A program made the position numbers and the translations under genes. Under the pieces are notes generated by a model that ran no database searches, had not been told where the DNA came from, and saw nothing but the letters and a program-made list of their open reading frames with translations. From Enoplolaimus lenunculus (lineage: Eukaryota), in contig JASANG010003930.1 of NCBI GenBank assembly GCA_030248215.1, positions 248,001-312,000 of the forward strand: DNA of 64,000 nt, in the 5' to 3' direction. Shown here piece after piece: positions 51,701-64,000 of this stretch. Each line of letters opens with the position of its first letter. Position 1 is the stretch's first letter.

Positions 51701-54700
51701 ACTGGAATGCAAGTGACAAGTCTGTTGGCTCATTTAGTCCAGGACCGGTATGCGCGGCGCCGTGGGGCTCATCAGCGATTTTGCCCATTTCGTGGGCGTA
51801 TTTACGATTGATGGGTGCGGACGGAATCAAACGCGCATCACAAGTTAGTGACTAAATGCTCGCGCCACAGATGGTGTATGTAGTTGTTGATGTGTTTATT
51901 TATAAAACTAGTGGCCATTATCTAAATGTATTATATATGTATCTGTAACAGGCTATTTTGTCGTCGCTAAGCCATCGCTGACCGCTAACGGTGGAATTAT
52001 TTAAAACGAATAGGGTAAAAATAGAAAATGGTTATTGTTACCTCTAAGGGTTGCGCTATGCTCGCTGCGCGCCGCCAACCGGACGCCGGCGAGGGGGCTG
52101 TACAACTTTTATTACAAATTACCGCGCGGCAACGCTCGGTGGCGTGCGCCGGCTTCCGGCTTAGTAAAGCATAGCGCAACCCTAAGGCCCTTTTCCTATT
52201 TAAAATTATTTACATCTGAGCTCATAAGAGTTTGTTGATACAGTGCTAATTTTGCAGGTGTCTCTTTTGAACGCGAACTATATGATGAGAAGGCTGGAAC
52301 AGCATTACACTATATTGTATCGTGGGACTACAGGTAAGAACATTGACATGTGACTTTACATTTGGTTGCCATAGTCCACCCTTCTTATTTCTTATTCCTT
52401 AGCATTTGTCACGACCTACATGAAGGTTTGTATTGGCGTCCATTCGGCAAGCAAAACATGGCCGTACTGCTGAAGCCGAGTTAATAGAAGTTTGTTGCCT
52501 ATTGGAGTGAACCCATAACACCGTGCGGATGTCGTTTTTGCGGACGCGTTTTAACCGAACGATAACGTATATTCTGCGAAACATTTAAACTTGCCTTTTT
52601 CAGTTACGCATGGTTACACCAGTCACTCACACTCCTTAAGCCCACCTTATATATCACAGTTTTTCTTCGTCATTTTTAGCGTGCGAACTTGAAACCAGTA
52701 TAATATTTAAGGTCTCTGCGCTCACGAGTTTATTATCGACGCAAACGAATTCAAGAAAATGGCTGGAGTAGAAGTTATTGACATTGCGAAGCGACTTATA
52801 GACTACGGGTAAGCCTTTTAGAAATATAGTTGTTAGGGAAGTAAAATAGTTAACGAACTATATATTAACAAATTTTGAATTTTTGTATTGGTTAATGTAA
52901 CGACACTGGAGTTTCATGCAAATCCATAAGAATTAGGTGATACACCGTTCTTTATTTTGTTCTGTGCATACCTGTCTAGATTTCATGCCCCAACTATGTC
53001 GTTTCCTGTATCTGGATCATTAATGATCGAACCGACGGAATCAGAAGACAAGGACGAACTTGATCGCTACTGTGACGCGCTGATTGCTATTCGACAAGAA
53101 ATTAACGATATACAAAATGGCAAAATGGATTTATTGGATAATCCATTGAAGGTAATGGCTCAAATTAACGAGATTCCAAATGAAAAATGGATTTTTCATA
53201 TAATCTGATCACGCTAATTACATTTAGTTTCGTAAAACAGGAAACTGCAGCATGGTTTCATTCTTTAAATCAGGTAGAATTTACAAAATTGGTTGTCGTT
53301 TTGCAGCACTTTGTCCTGAAATTATATGCTGTCCAGTTAAGGACGCAATTAAGTGCACAACCGCTGTCGCATTCCGAACGGCGGCTTTGATCGCGATTGG
53401 TCGTTATGCATCGTTCACAATAAAAATTTCATTTTGCCACTTCAAAAACTGTTGTCATGTGTTAACCCTATTCGAACGCAAAAATTGTGTTAACCCTGGC
53501 CTAATACGTATCACAGCCCTACCCAAATACGTGTCAAGAGCATTTTGTAACACGTGTTATGGTAGAGTTAACGCTGTTTTGAAATTTGAAACGTGTTAAC
53601 CCTACCTTATAGTGTTTTCGGTGGCAAAATGGAATTTTATATTGTGAACGATGTCTTATTTAGACACTATCGATCGTAAACCTGATTTGAACTGTTCGCG
53701 GTATTTGCGATCATAGTCACGACTGCAATCTCGATAACCGAGTATTGAAATTGCAATCGCTTCTACACGCGCTTACAGTTGCGGTTTGAACCGCGACTGC
53801 AAATGCGTCCCTATACGCGAATTGTCCTGAGCAAAGAAATTTCCATTGCGATTATTAAAGCGCGACCGCAGATACAGTTGCGGATACTACACACTTAATT
53901 ATATGCGTGATTATATTTTTATGTAATCGGGGATTTTTTCTTTATGCATTTTAGAACAGAATGGTACCGTTTTAATTTCAAATTTTCCAATATGATTGTT
54001 GTGTCATGCTAATCAACGAGTTTATTGTCTAATCCCATGTTAAAATTAACAAACCATAGCACTGTTTGTGGCACTTACAAAAGGTTTGCACATGCAGTTA
54101 ATAATTTTAGAACGCACCGCACACGTTGAACGTTGTATGCGCGAGTTCTTGGAATCACAAATATACGCGAGAGAAAGCGGGCTTTCCAGCGGTAAGTTAT
54201 ATATGTATACACTTTAAGAAAATTTTCGGGGGCTCAAGCAGCCAAGTTCCACACTTTCAGTTTACCTCCCAGGTTCATGTCCCTCCCTTTTAGTGTGTGT
54301 GCATCATGGAACACCTCTGTAATGCAACCTTAAAATTTTTTTTACGAGATGAAATCCTTGAATACAAAGCGAATACACCAGTTCTGGTAGCATTCATCAG
54401 CCGAAAATGGCGTTAAATGATACCAGAAGTGAATATTGTAGCGTAAAAGTTAACGCAATACTGTAGTGACCCGAATACGAGGGTGGGTCTGATAATATAT
54501 TTGGCCTCTCCAGAAGGTACCACCCCTGTTATTCGCGCTCCACCACCCTTCGTTACTTATATATCCGGTACTGCAATTATCCGTTGAATTAAACGTTTAT
54601 TTGTCTTGTGCCAATAGCTTGAGCGATCAGAAATGTACTTTCAAAATTTAAGTACGCTTTAAAGTTTCGAACTCAAATTATTTGGTCCTGGAGTCATTTT

Positions 54701-55616
54701 ATGCGCTACAATTAGGGATAATTGACATTTATGGACTCTAATTAGGGTTTAGGGACTGTATCAGCTTAAGGACTGTATTAGGGATACGGACATCTATTTA
54801 TTGAGACTCAAAATGGGCACCCCCTCTTATTACCCCACACCCTCTTATTAGGGTCACTACAGTAGTAGCTATATAACGTATAAAAATACAAAAGATTCAA
54901 CCTGGTGGATGAAGCCCAGCCGCAAAAATGTTAACAATGAGACAGTAATTCAAATCTAACAGTAGTAGCGATTGTAAGAAAACAGTTTTTTCACATCTTG
55001 CTAGCATGGAGATTTTGAAAACGACTAGTTTCTGTTAGTTTCTTGTCTAAACTTTCCACTCGACTAATATCGTACCTGTCGACAATCTTTTTGTGAGGCA
55101 AGCATAAAGGATAACTTTGGTATAACTAATACGGTACGGACAAAAACCGCATAAAAAGGACGCCACTTAGGATTGCGGCAATTATTTTTGCTTAGAATTA
55201 GGCTAGTTTTTGACATTTTACGTTGAAGTCTTAGACTTAGGACGCTTAGATACTATATTTACAACAAATTACACACATGTATGACAGAAAAATATGTGAA
55301 TGTAAGTTAATCAGTTCCATGGCAGTTGATATAAATACAAATGATGGTTTCAGTTTCAATTTTTGGAAGCTTTTTAAAAACACCCGGCGAAAAATACCAG
55401 AGCCGAATGTCGATTTTTTGTCGGAATCGGATGGCGGTAGCACCCTTAGTTCCACATTTTCAGCCATGGTGCGCAACTAAAGTTTGGCCAGCGGTTGGAC
55501 GAATCGATGACCAATATGGTGATCGTAATCTGGTTTGCACTTGTCCACCCATGGAAACCTACACATCAGAAGTTGAAACAGTTAAACAGCAGACGAAAAA
55601 AGCCTCTGCTGCATAG
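36780..55616 (+). CDS. GLDC: Glycine dehydrogenase (decarboxylating), glycine cleavage system P protein, mitochondrial, ~1005 aa
   Basis: 28 GT-AG exons summing to 3018 nt in frame: 36780-36861, 38054-38157, 38644-38722, 39025-39160, 39423-39587, 39815-39892, 40738-40885, 42123-42280, 44961-45014, 45307-45403, 45860-45965, 46266-46411, 46549-46635, 46842-46912, 47181-47265, 47492-47533, 47691-47833, 48103-48178, 48899-49024, 49256-49335, 50694-50763, 51174-51286, 51651-51843, 52258-52333, 52712-52808, 52980-53151, 54111-54191, 55464-55616. Motifs: [51 protein letters not shown]-lysine [37 protein letters not shown]. Exon 1 ([25 protein letters not shown], transit-peptide-like) is less certain. 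Confidence 0.96.
40097..40489. mobile_element. hAT-like MITE (CCGAGA family) in GLDC intron 6
   Basis: TIR CAGGGATGTGCGGTCT / AGACTGCACATCCCTG; TSD not evident. Confidence 0.75.
42497..42888. mobile_element. hAT-like MITE in GLDC intron 8
   Basis: TIR CAGGGTGCAAT / ATTGCACCCTG; perfect 8-bp TSD TCGCTCAG; (TTCCGA)n subterminal repeats. A related partial copy lies at ~44635-44940. Confidence 0.9.
43762..44515. mobile_element. hAT-like non-autonomous element in GLDC intron 8
   Basis: TIR CAGGGATGGACGGTCTC / GAGACCGCCCATTCCTG; TSD gtcgtcag/gtcgtcgg (7/8). Confidence 0.85.
48526..48888. mobile_element. Degenerate hAT-like MITE in GLDC intron 18 (related copy at ~37710-37990)
   Basis: Starts CAGGGTTCCACCGGAATTCCTGTTCCGG; TTCCTG repeats at the right end; possible TSD gttattag/cttattat. 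Confidence 0.55.
52048..52182. mobile_element. PIF/Harbinger-like (Tourist-type) MITE
   Basis: TIR GGGTTGCGCTATGCT / AGCATAGCGCAACCC flanked by TAA on both sides. Confidence 0.82.
53409..53653. mobile_element. TIR MITE, apparently nested in an older element (~53340-53812)
   Basis: TIR CATCGTTCACAATA.AAA.TT.CATTTTGCCAC / GTGGCAAAATGGAATTTTATATTGTGAACGATG; TSD unclear. Confidence 0.7.
54461..54862 (+). mobile_element. TA-flanked MITE (Tc1/mariner-like target) in the last GLDC intron
   Basis: TIR CTGTAGTGACCC.AATA.GAG / CTCTTATTAGGGTCACTACAG, with TA on both sides. Confidence 0.82.
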
Positions 55617-56259
55617 AAACTGATATTATGCAATGAGTATATCTATATTATTAAAGCTGCAACGCCCCATATACGTATTTTGAGCAGCGTTCCAGCTGTT
55701 TTATATGCGCGCGTGGTGTGTAAATTAGTTTGTGATTTTAGTAGATGCCGGGGTTGCAAATGTTACAACCATTTTGACAAGTAATAGTACGTAATAGATA
55801 GAAATAAGAGCTGAGCAGATTTTGCAACAAAGCCGCTAAAAGCTAAAAGGCGTATTATGTTGAATGTACAACTATTACAATTTGTTGCTTTCATGCACTT
55901 TTTACATAATATATTCCGCAGCTTGCTTTTGTGCTCATGGTGAAATAATTTCGGTTGTAAAGTTGTAAAAACTTATATAAAATTTTGTTGGTTAATTTTA
56001 GTATTTTCTTGAAAATGGTAGAGAATGTGCTGGAATTATATGACCTCATAAAACTGCGTTATCTATGTCAAACCAGTTTATGAAAACTTTGTAAAAAATT
56101 TATTGGTTTTGTATAATAGCTTCCTACACAAGAACCAGTTTTTTTAAATTATCCAATGCTTTCTTAAGAAACTGATTGAGTTTCCACTGCTGTGATTTTG
56201 CTGGTTGCGGTTGCTGAGATTAATAGATATAAAATGCAAACATCGAAGAAAACTCGCTA

Positions 56260-56699
56260 CTGTAGTGACCCGAATAAGAGAGGGGTCCCCATTTTAAGTC
56301 CCAATGAATAGGAGTCCGTATCTCTAATAGTGTCCGTAAGCGGATAGAGTCCCCAAACCCTAATTAGAGTCAGAGAGTCCGTAAATGTCAATTATCCTTA
56401 ATTATAGCACATAAATGACTCCAGGCCCAAATAAAGTTGAGTTCGAAGCGTTAACGCATACTTAAGTTTTGAAGGTATATTCCTAACTATAACCTTGCAT
56501 TATCGCTCAAGCTTTTGATTCAAGATTATATAATAAACGTTTAATTTAACGGATAGTTGCAACACCGGATATATGTTAGTAACGAATGGCGGCGGAGGGC
56601 GGGATAAAAATAAATGACAGTCCGTAACCGAATAACAAGGGGGTACCCTCTGGAGAGGCCAAATAAATATCAGCCCCCCTCTTATTAGGGTCACTGCAG
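56260..56699 (-). mobile_element. Second copy of the TA-flanked MITE, inverted relative to 54461-54862
   Basis: Same TIRs and TA flanks; the interior is the reverse complement of the first copy. A truncated third copy starts at ~57190. Confidence 0.82.
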
Positions 56700-57527
56700 T
56701 ATGTGTCAATTAATGGGTCCATACGCCTTTTGCATGATTAAAACGTCTTAATTGATACCATAAAAGAAACCAAAACAGAACAATGGCCTCTGTATAAAAT
56801 ATTTCCTGTATGAAAGATCAGATCCCGTGATTTCCTTAATTTTAAAAAATTATATACTTCCTGTTAACTTTAATGGAAGAAATCTGACCTGTCGTCAATA
56901 ATACAGTATAAACAAAACACCAAAAGTATCAAAGATTGCATTTTAGAGAACTTGTTCTACCTTTACTTCCGTGGGAAATGGTAATAGTTCGCCTCGTTCA
57001 AAACAAGCACAACGGTGCCGAACTAATGGCTCATAGATGACTAATGGAACGTTACCGTTCGTGATAATTGTACCAATTACTGCTAGGTCTAAGAAATCAT
57101 TTGAAACGCATGCGAACTGCATGCTTCAACGCTTTGCGATTATCCGCACTGTAGCTAATTTCCTATCGTTAACCCTTCTTTGTAATATACTACAGTGACC
57201 CTATGGGTTAAGTACGGACTGTTATTTATTTTTAACCCGCCCTTCCTTACTGATACATATATATCCGGTATTGCAATTATCCGTTGAATTAAACGTTTAT
57301 TTGTGTTGTATCAAAAACTTGAGCGATAATAAGATTTACTTAGAAATGTATTTTGAAAATTTGTCATTCATGCTCTACAATTACGGATAATTGACATTTA
57401 TGGAAGACCAACGAAACGCAAGTTTACAGGTTCCAACATTCAAGGGCACTTTACTAAAGCTACGGTGGTTCTCAGGCGCGGACACATGGAGAGAACAATT
57501 GTGTCTCCTATTGTGCCAGCAGTCCTA

Positions 57528-59771
57528 CACTGCAAAAAAATGATGCGTCAAATTGACTCTCTCCGAAATAGGCTTTTCGGACTACATAATGCGGGGTTCA
57601 CGTTATAAATGGTGCAGCTGTGTCACGTTTTGTCACGTTCTATATATTGGGTAACATTTTGCCTGCTGTGGCGATGTTGTTTTTGGTGTAATTTTTTGCT
57701 GTGTGCGCTGTGCATAAACACTTTATTGCAGGTGTGTATAGAATGTGCGTAATATTTCAGATGTATGCGAGATGTGTACAGACATATAATGTTGCTAAGT
57801 TTGCTGCATGGGCTGCAACTTATCTTCTTATTCTATAAAGAGTGCCTGGTAGTGCTTTGCGTGTCTTTACTGTGTTAGCTGTTTTACAGAGAATGTGCAT
57901 TGGAAGTCAATGCGCGGTTTTGCAATTATATTGTGCGCCTGGATTGTATATATAATTTAGCTTGGAGCTAGCGGTATTATAAAGAGAGTGATTGTGATAT
58001 TACTAGGCGCAAACGCTGATCAAAGCTCAACCACTGTCCTAGCCAAGAGTGCGTTTGAAGCCAGCAAAATCACTCAATTTTTACTTTTACCTCTGTTATT
58101 GTTATCCTTGCTACCCGTTTTAGGTTTAACTAATCGAAAGAACTCTGTGTTCTCTATGAGCATGCCGCAGCTTTATGCAACTATGCAGTTTGGTCTACCT
58201 TGGCGCATTATTTCAGTGACTCTTCAGAGTATTTGACCACGAGTTATAATTTATCGCGAGTGCACAGAATTTTTGTGATGGAAATTCAATCGTGAGGGGT
58301 GCCACTGTGGCAACGGGGTCTGGCACTGAAATTTTCTTATCCCGCTGGACGCAGGCTGGACTTTTTGGGGTGCAAAATTGATTTAAGTTGACTCTGTGTA
58401 GATCGGTGTACTTAATATTGAGTTGGAGCTAAATTTTTTAAATTGAATGGTCATTATCCACTTGGCCCATGTTACTATAAAGGCCGTCCCAATTTCCCGG
58501 GACAGAAATATACCCGGAGTGCACACTTTTAGGATATATATGTGTATGAATGCATATATGTGTATACACGTCCCTTAGAAGAGTTTTAGCCTCGCTGTTG
58601 TATTAGTTTATAAAATCAACGCATATCATATCTAAAACAGTTTACTTCCTAGTACGTATAGCTAGCTTTGGTGCTGGATTAGGCATGATTAGGCTTCGGG
58701 GTGCATCGCCTGGTTAACTCTCGGCCGGCGTTTCGTAACCAAACATAGTATATCCCCGACAATTTGCAATTCAAGACTAGTATTCCCAGCTGCGCGACCG
58801 CAATAGGAGGGTGCGGACATTGTAGCTGCGGAATTGCTACATTCTGTATTTCGACCTTATTCAGATATGTCGTTTGCTGTTAGCAATTTTAATATGTACA
58901 GTACTACTTGAACCCAACCTGAATTTTTGACCATCTGTATTTGAGAAACCCGTTTTTGATAAACCGAAATACTTGATTCTATTTGCGTAAACTTTCTTTG
59001 AATAATTTCTCCGTTTCCGGCAGACGTTTGCATAAGGCCGCACAGTTTATATTGCAAAAGTAATAAAACAATTTACGCAGTGATTTCAAAAGTAATTAAA
59101 TTCTTAAAATTCACTCGAACTTCAAGCTGAGAGCTTATTTTGAACTTGCATGCGTCGACTGAGGAGTAGTTGCGGGGAACAACTTCGTTCCGAAATTTAC
59201 ACAATATTTTTATCAAAACCAAACGAGATTGAATCATGTTATTTTGCCATGGGTAAGTAAATGTTATTTACATATTTTTAACGAAGGGTCTAATCAACGA
59301 TTTGAACACTGTTGTCCGTGTTACAGGTTAACTTACAACTAAATATTTTACTTGAAATTCATTGTCTCCTCCGCATTGTTTTTTACTTTTTTCTTAAGCC
59401 TAATTTCTTCATAAAAATGGGTCCCATCTGTCCCTACTGTCCCATCTGTCCCGTTTATCCAACTGTTTCATCTGTCCCATCTGTTCCAAGTGTCCCAACT
59501 GTCCCATCTATGCGAGCTGTCCCATCTGTCCATCTGTTCCAACTGGTTGATGTCGAATTAACATGTGACAAAACGTGACCCGACTGCCCCAGTTATAACC
59601 GTGAACCCCGCATAAACTGAGCCAAGCCCGGAACCGCCAGAGTCAAATACGAATCACTGAACGACTCAGGTCAGTCGAATTTGTCTGGCGGAGTCGCATT
59701 TGATTCAGTTTGTATAGTCCAGAAAAGCCTATTTCGGAAAGAGTCAATTTGACTCACCATTTGTTGCAGTG
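57528..59771. mobile_element. Non-autonomous CACTG-ended DNA transposon (CMC/EnSpm-like), 2.2 kb
   Basis: Long interrupted TIRs: left CACTGCAAAAAAATGATGCGTCAAATTGACTCTCTCCGAAATAGGCTTTTCGGACTA; right TAGTCCAGAAAAGCCTATTTCGGAAAGAGTCAATTTGACTCACCATTTGTTGCAGTG; inner matching block GCGGGGTTCACG.TTATAA...GTCACGTTTTGTCAC. Flanks ta/ca; no transposase seen. Confidence 0.78.
59420..59545. repeat. 9-bp tandem repeat (TGTCCCATC-like) inside the CACTG element
   Basis: Directly visible; produces the PSVPSVP pseudo-ORF. Confidence 0.8.
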
Positions 59772-59922
59772 CAAGGTGCTTAAAAGTTACAAACGATTTA
59801 GTAATCAAACCGGAAATCATTCATCAACGTTTGTGGGCTTGCGGAAGCCTGATGTTTTTTCAGGAAAACACGTTTTTCCGGTCAAATAAATTTTTTTCCG
59901 GAAAAACAAACAACGCTGGGGG

Positions 59923-61083
59923 CAGGGTGTAACCAGAGGTGAAAAATACCGGAGCCGGAGCTCAATTAAAGTTTGCTGGAGCCGGTGGTGAGGCGAAATT
60001 ATATCGCTAAAATGACGTTTAGCCTGGCCCGAGTCTATTTTGGACTGGGGCACCAACCAAACCGGAGGTGAAAAATACCGGAGCCGCAAGTCAACGAAAC
60101 TTGCCGCAGCCGGAGATGAGGCGAAATTAGGTGGTAAAAATGATGGTTACATAATTAGTTAATTTTAGCCAATATCTGCAAAATGTCAAGTTTTTTGGTC
60201 TTACGCTAATCTTCTATGGAACTTTGGAAATTCTATCCTGAAAATTGTGACAAAAGTAAAACAAAACGCGCTAAACAGATAAATTTTGCAAATTTATGCA
60301 AAATTTTACTACCGAAATTGCCGGAACCGGCAAAAATTGTACCTGAGCCGGAGTCGGAGGCCGATTTTCTGCCGGAGCCGGAGGCAGACTTCCGGTTGTA
60401 CCCTGCTTCCTTTGGAAAAATGGGGGAGCTATATATATTTTAGCAGGGAGAACGTGACAGCAATATTTTTGTTAGGGTTGAGTATTTTCACTGGGGCTAT
60501 AACACAACAACAACAACAACAAAGTTTAACAATCTTCGCGATGTATGCACCAGGGTGCAATCGGAGGTGAAAAATACCGGAGCCGGAGCTAGAGGTCAAC
60601 GAAACTTGCCGGAGTCGGATGTGAGGCGAAATTAAGTAGTAAAAATGATGGTTAGTTAATTTTAGCGGCATTCTATATTTAAATATGTAGGTTGCATTGT
60701 CAAATCGGTATTTTGGTTCCGGTATTTTTCATTATCCAGTTCCGCTAAGAAATCCGGCATTTTCACCGGAATTTTCTGGTATTGAAAATTTTTCATTCGA
60801 AATTTTAAGAAAAATTGGCATATTATTCTAACTTATTTTTAAAATTGTCTGCTGAGCGTGTAATTTCCAAAATTTTCAATTTGTGACGGACTCCATAATT
60901 TATCATGTGTTTCCACCTACTGCATTTGTTTCAGGATTTTGGCATTCTAAATGGTGTGTTCACAATTAAAAGCTATAAAACAGCGCTTAAAATGAATTTT
61001 TCGGTATTTTTTCTTTTCCAGTTCCGGTATTTTTTAACTTCCCAGGTCCGGTTTCGGTATTATATAATTCCGGTTGCACCCTG
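59923..61083. mobile_element. Two adjacent related hAT-like MITEs (59923-60405 and 60551-61083)
   Basis: Each has CAGGGTG(T/C)AA...TT(G)(T/C)ACCCTG ends and shares GGAGGTGAAAAATACCGGAGCCG; TSDs not evident. Confidence 0.7.
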
Positions 61084-62769
61084 ACAGTGACATGAAATTG
61101 AATAAATAAAAGAATTTTGCGAGGGGGGATTACGACATAACTTTATGCATTGGCTGGTGTAATTTTCCGGGAAGAAAAATCACACCGGTGTAATTTATTT
61201 TTCCAATGAAAAATTAAGAAATTAAGGAAAAAATAACTCCGTAACTTTTCGCCGTGGCTGGACTAATTTTTCTGCGGGTGGAAAATTACACCGGTGTAAT
61301 TTTTCGGGGAAAGATTACGAGGAAGGGGGAAATTACGTCACAACACCGATTTTTGATCTGATTAAATGTTAATCACGTACAAATAGTGCAATTTTTATCT
61401 ACAAACGTGCTGCAAATTTTTACTTTTGTTTGTTAAAAAATGTTCACTCTATAGCTTACATAAAAGAACACTACACATAGAGGTCGAGCATGAAACAAGT
61501 TTATTTTCAACGAGACATTGTATTTTTACGATCACGTGGTGCAATTATATTATGTCAATGTTTCAGCAACTGTGCTACGCTCTGCGGTAGTAAATTTATG
61601 CCATATTTTCATAATAGAGTTCGTACTAGTTAGATTATCACAACTTTCGAAAAATTTATCTACGCATATCAAACAATAAATTTAGTAAATGTTCATATTA
61701 CACTATGTACGTGGGACACCCTTTGAATAAGTTCATAATTTGTTAAAAAGGGTACAATTACAATAGACAACTTAAAAAGAAATAGAAACTATTCCTGAAA
61801 ATATTGTGCTCACGCATTGTAAATTTTCTATATACATTAAAATTTGATTTGGCCATTTAAGCTACGCCTGAAATTCGACATAACTCAGTGCTCTGACATG
61901 TAAAATCAAACATTGTGTCGGTAAAACCCAAACATATGTGAAAAAGTACTGATCAATACCTAAAACTTTACACCACAACAAACAAACAATACAGAAATCC
62001 TATCATTAAATATAGCGAGTATTCCAAAATTTAATTTTACGAGTTCAACAATCAAACGATTACAGCTGCTTTATCAGTCTGAATTTTATCCAAATACATA
62101 AAATGTACAACCTTCAGGAATCAGCGGAAGCTACATCATAACAGATCATAAATTAGTTAAACCATTTTTCTTCGAAAACGCCTTACTGATCTCAAAATAC
62201 ATTATTAACAAGAGTACGTTGCAAAATATAAGTTAACGACAATTTTTATTAACACAAACAGTATACTGCTGTAGAATTCAGTGTTACGAATAGTCGAGTG
62301 TAGTTCAACGAATACTGGCAAAACAGAAGTACTAATAACGTTAGTCACTTGATTTTCCCTTATCTGATGCTAAAACAAACGAATATTAAACCCGTATAAA
62401 TAACACACCAAGCGTTAATTAGGTTTAAAATTGATTGGAGAAAATATCCAACAAATTTTTTAATTCTATTACTATCCACATGACGTGTGCACTAAATAAG
62501 CTGTCAGCAAAATTGTTTAACTGCAGATCACTTCTAGTACTTTTAATAAAACCTCTCCGAGGTGTTTAATGCTTTAAAGATGTCTTTGCAAACTAATTCA
62601 ACAAAAAATATTATAAACTACAGTAGTACTACATGCTACTTCACTAGACTTAAATACATACACAAGTTCTGAATTCAAACTTTAAAATAAAATTACCAAG
62701 TCCAAGGTAGCGACAGTGATGAATAATAAAACTACAAAACTGAAAGGCATAGGTGCATTATGCATGCGC

Positions 62770-63586
<817 letters not shown>

Positions 63587-64000
63587 TCAGCCTCAGCGTA
63601 AGAATTAGTATATAACTAAGCTTAAGCCTACGCAAAAGTCTAAAGCTTAAGCTCACTCTATTACATATTGTCCCGCAAAAATGGTTCGCCCTTCAAAGTA
63701 AGGGGTCTTCGTTTATAATACAAAAGCATGATAATTAAGGGTGGCTCTAATACTTGGCATGCGGAGCAGATGGTGAGAGACGGCGCGGTGAGGTACAGCG
63801 CCGGACGTCATCAAAAGTATAGCAGCACCCTAGATGAATTAATACTTTAAGTTCGTGAAAATGGAGTACGCATAATAGCATAAACATGCAATTTAATAAA
63901 CTTTGTTTAACGGATTATTATGCATGGTCTTATAACTGAAATTTCAGTGTCCTTAAAACGTGCAGCTTAAGTTTTTAATTAGTACTAGTACTATAGATAC

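Noticed and set aside
662..55616. Non-canonical introns or an altered genetic code
   Set aside because: All reconstructed introns in PITPNM, CHMP5 and GLDC are GT-AG and translate cleanly with the standard code.

Overview
AT-rich, intron-rich animal genomic DNA, probably a nematode. That taxon call is an inference from TTTCAG-type acceptors and the GLDC C-terminus. All reconstructed introns are GT-AG. Host genes, left to right: the 5' part of a class II phosphatidylinositol-transfer protein gene (PITPNM/RdgB, minus strand, 15 exons, continues off the left edge); a 2-exon small secreted 10-Cys TIL-like protein; an orphan ~810-codon, extremely basic terminal exon; complete CHMP5 (minus, 5 exons, 219 aa); complete glycine decarboxylase GLDC (plus, 28 exons, ~1005 aa); and the last exons of a Mi-2/CHD3-4 remodeller (minus). 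Introns and spacers are full of mobile DNA. This includes a 2.3-kb foldback-like TIR element with an 8-bp TSD and an internal 81-bp satellite, a decayed Gypsy-like gag fused almost directly to a herpes-gB-like envelope gene with no pol, an RNase H-bearing LINE bracketed by CAA microsatellite in CHMP5 intron 1, a CACTG-ended element and many MITEs (hAT-, Harbinger-, TA-targeting and GG-ended types). Gene and family names come from recognising motifs by eye; no database search was run.
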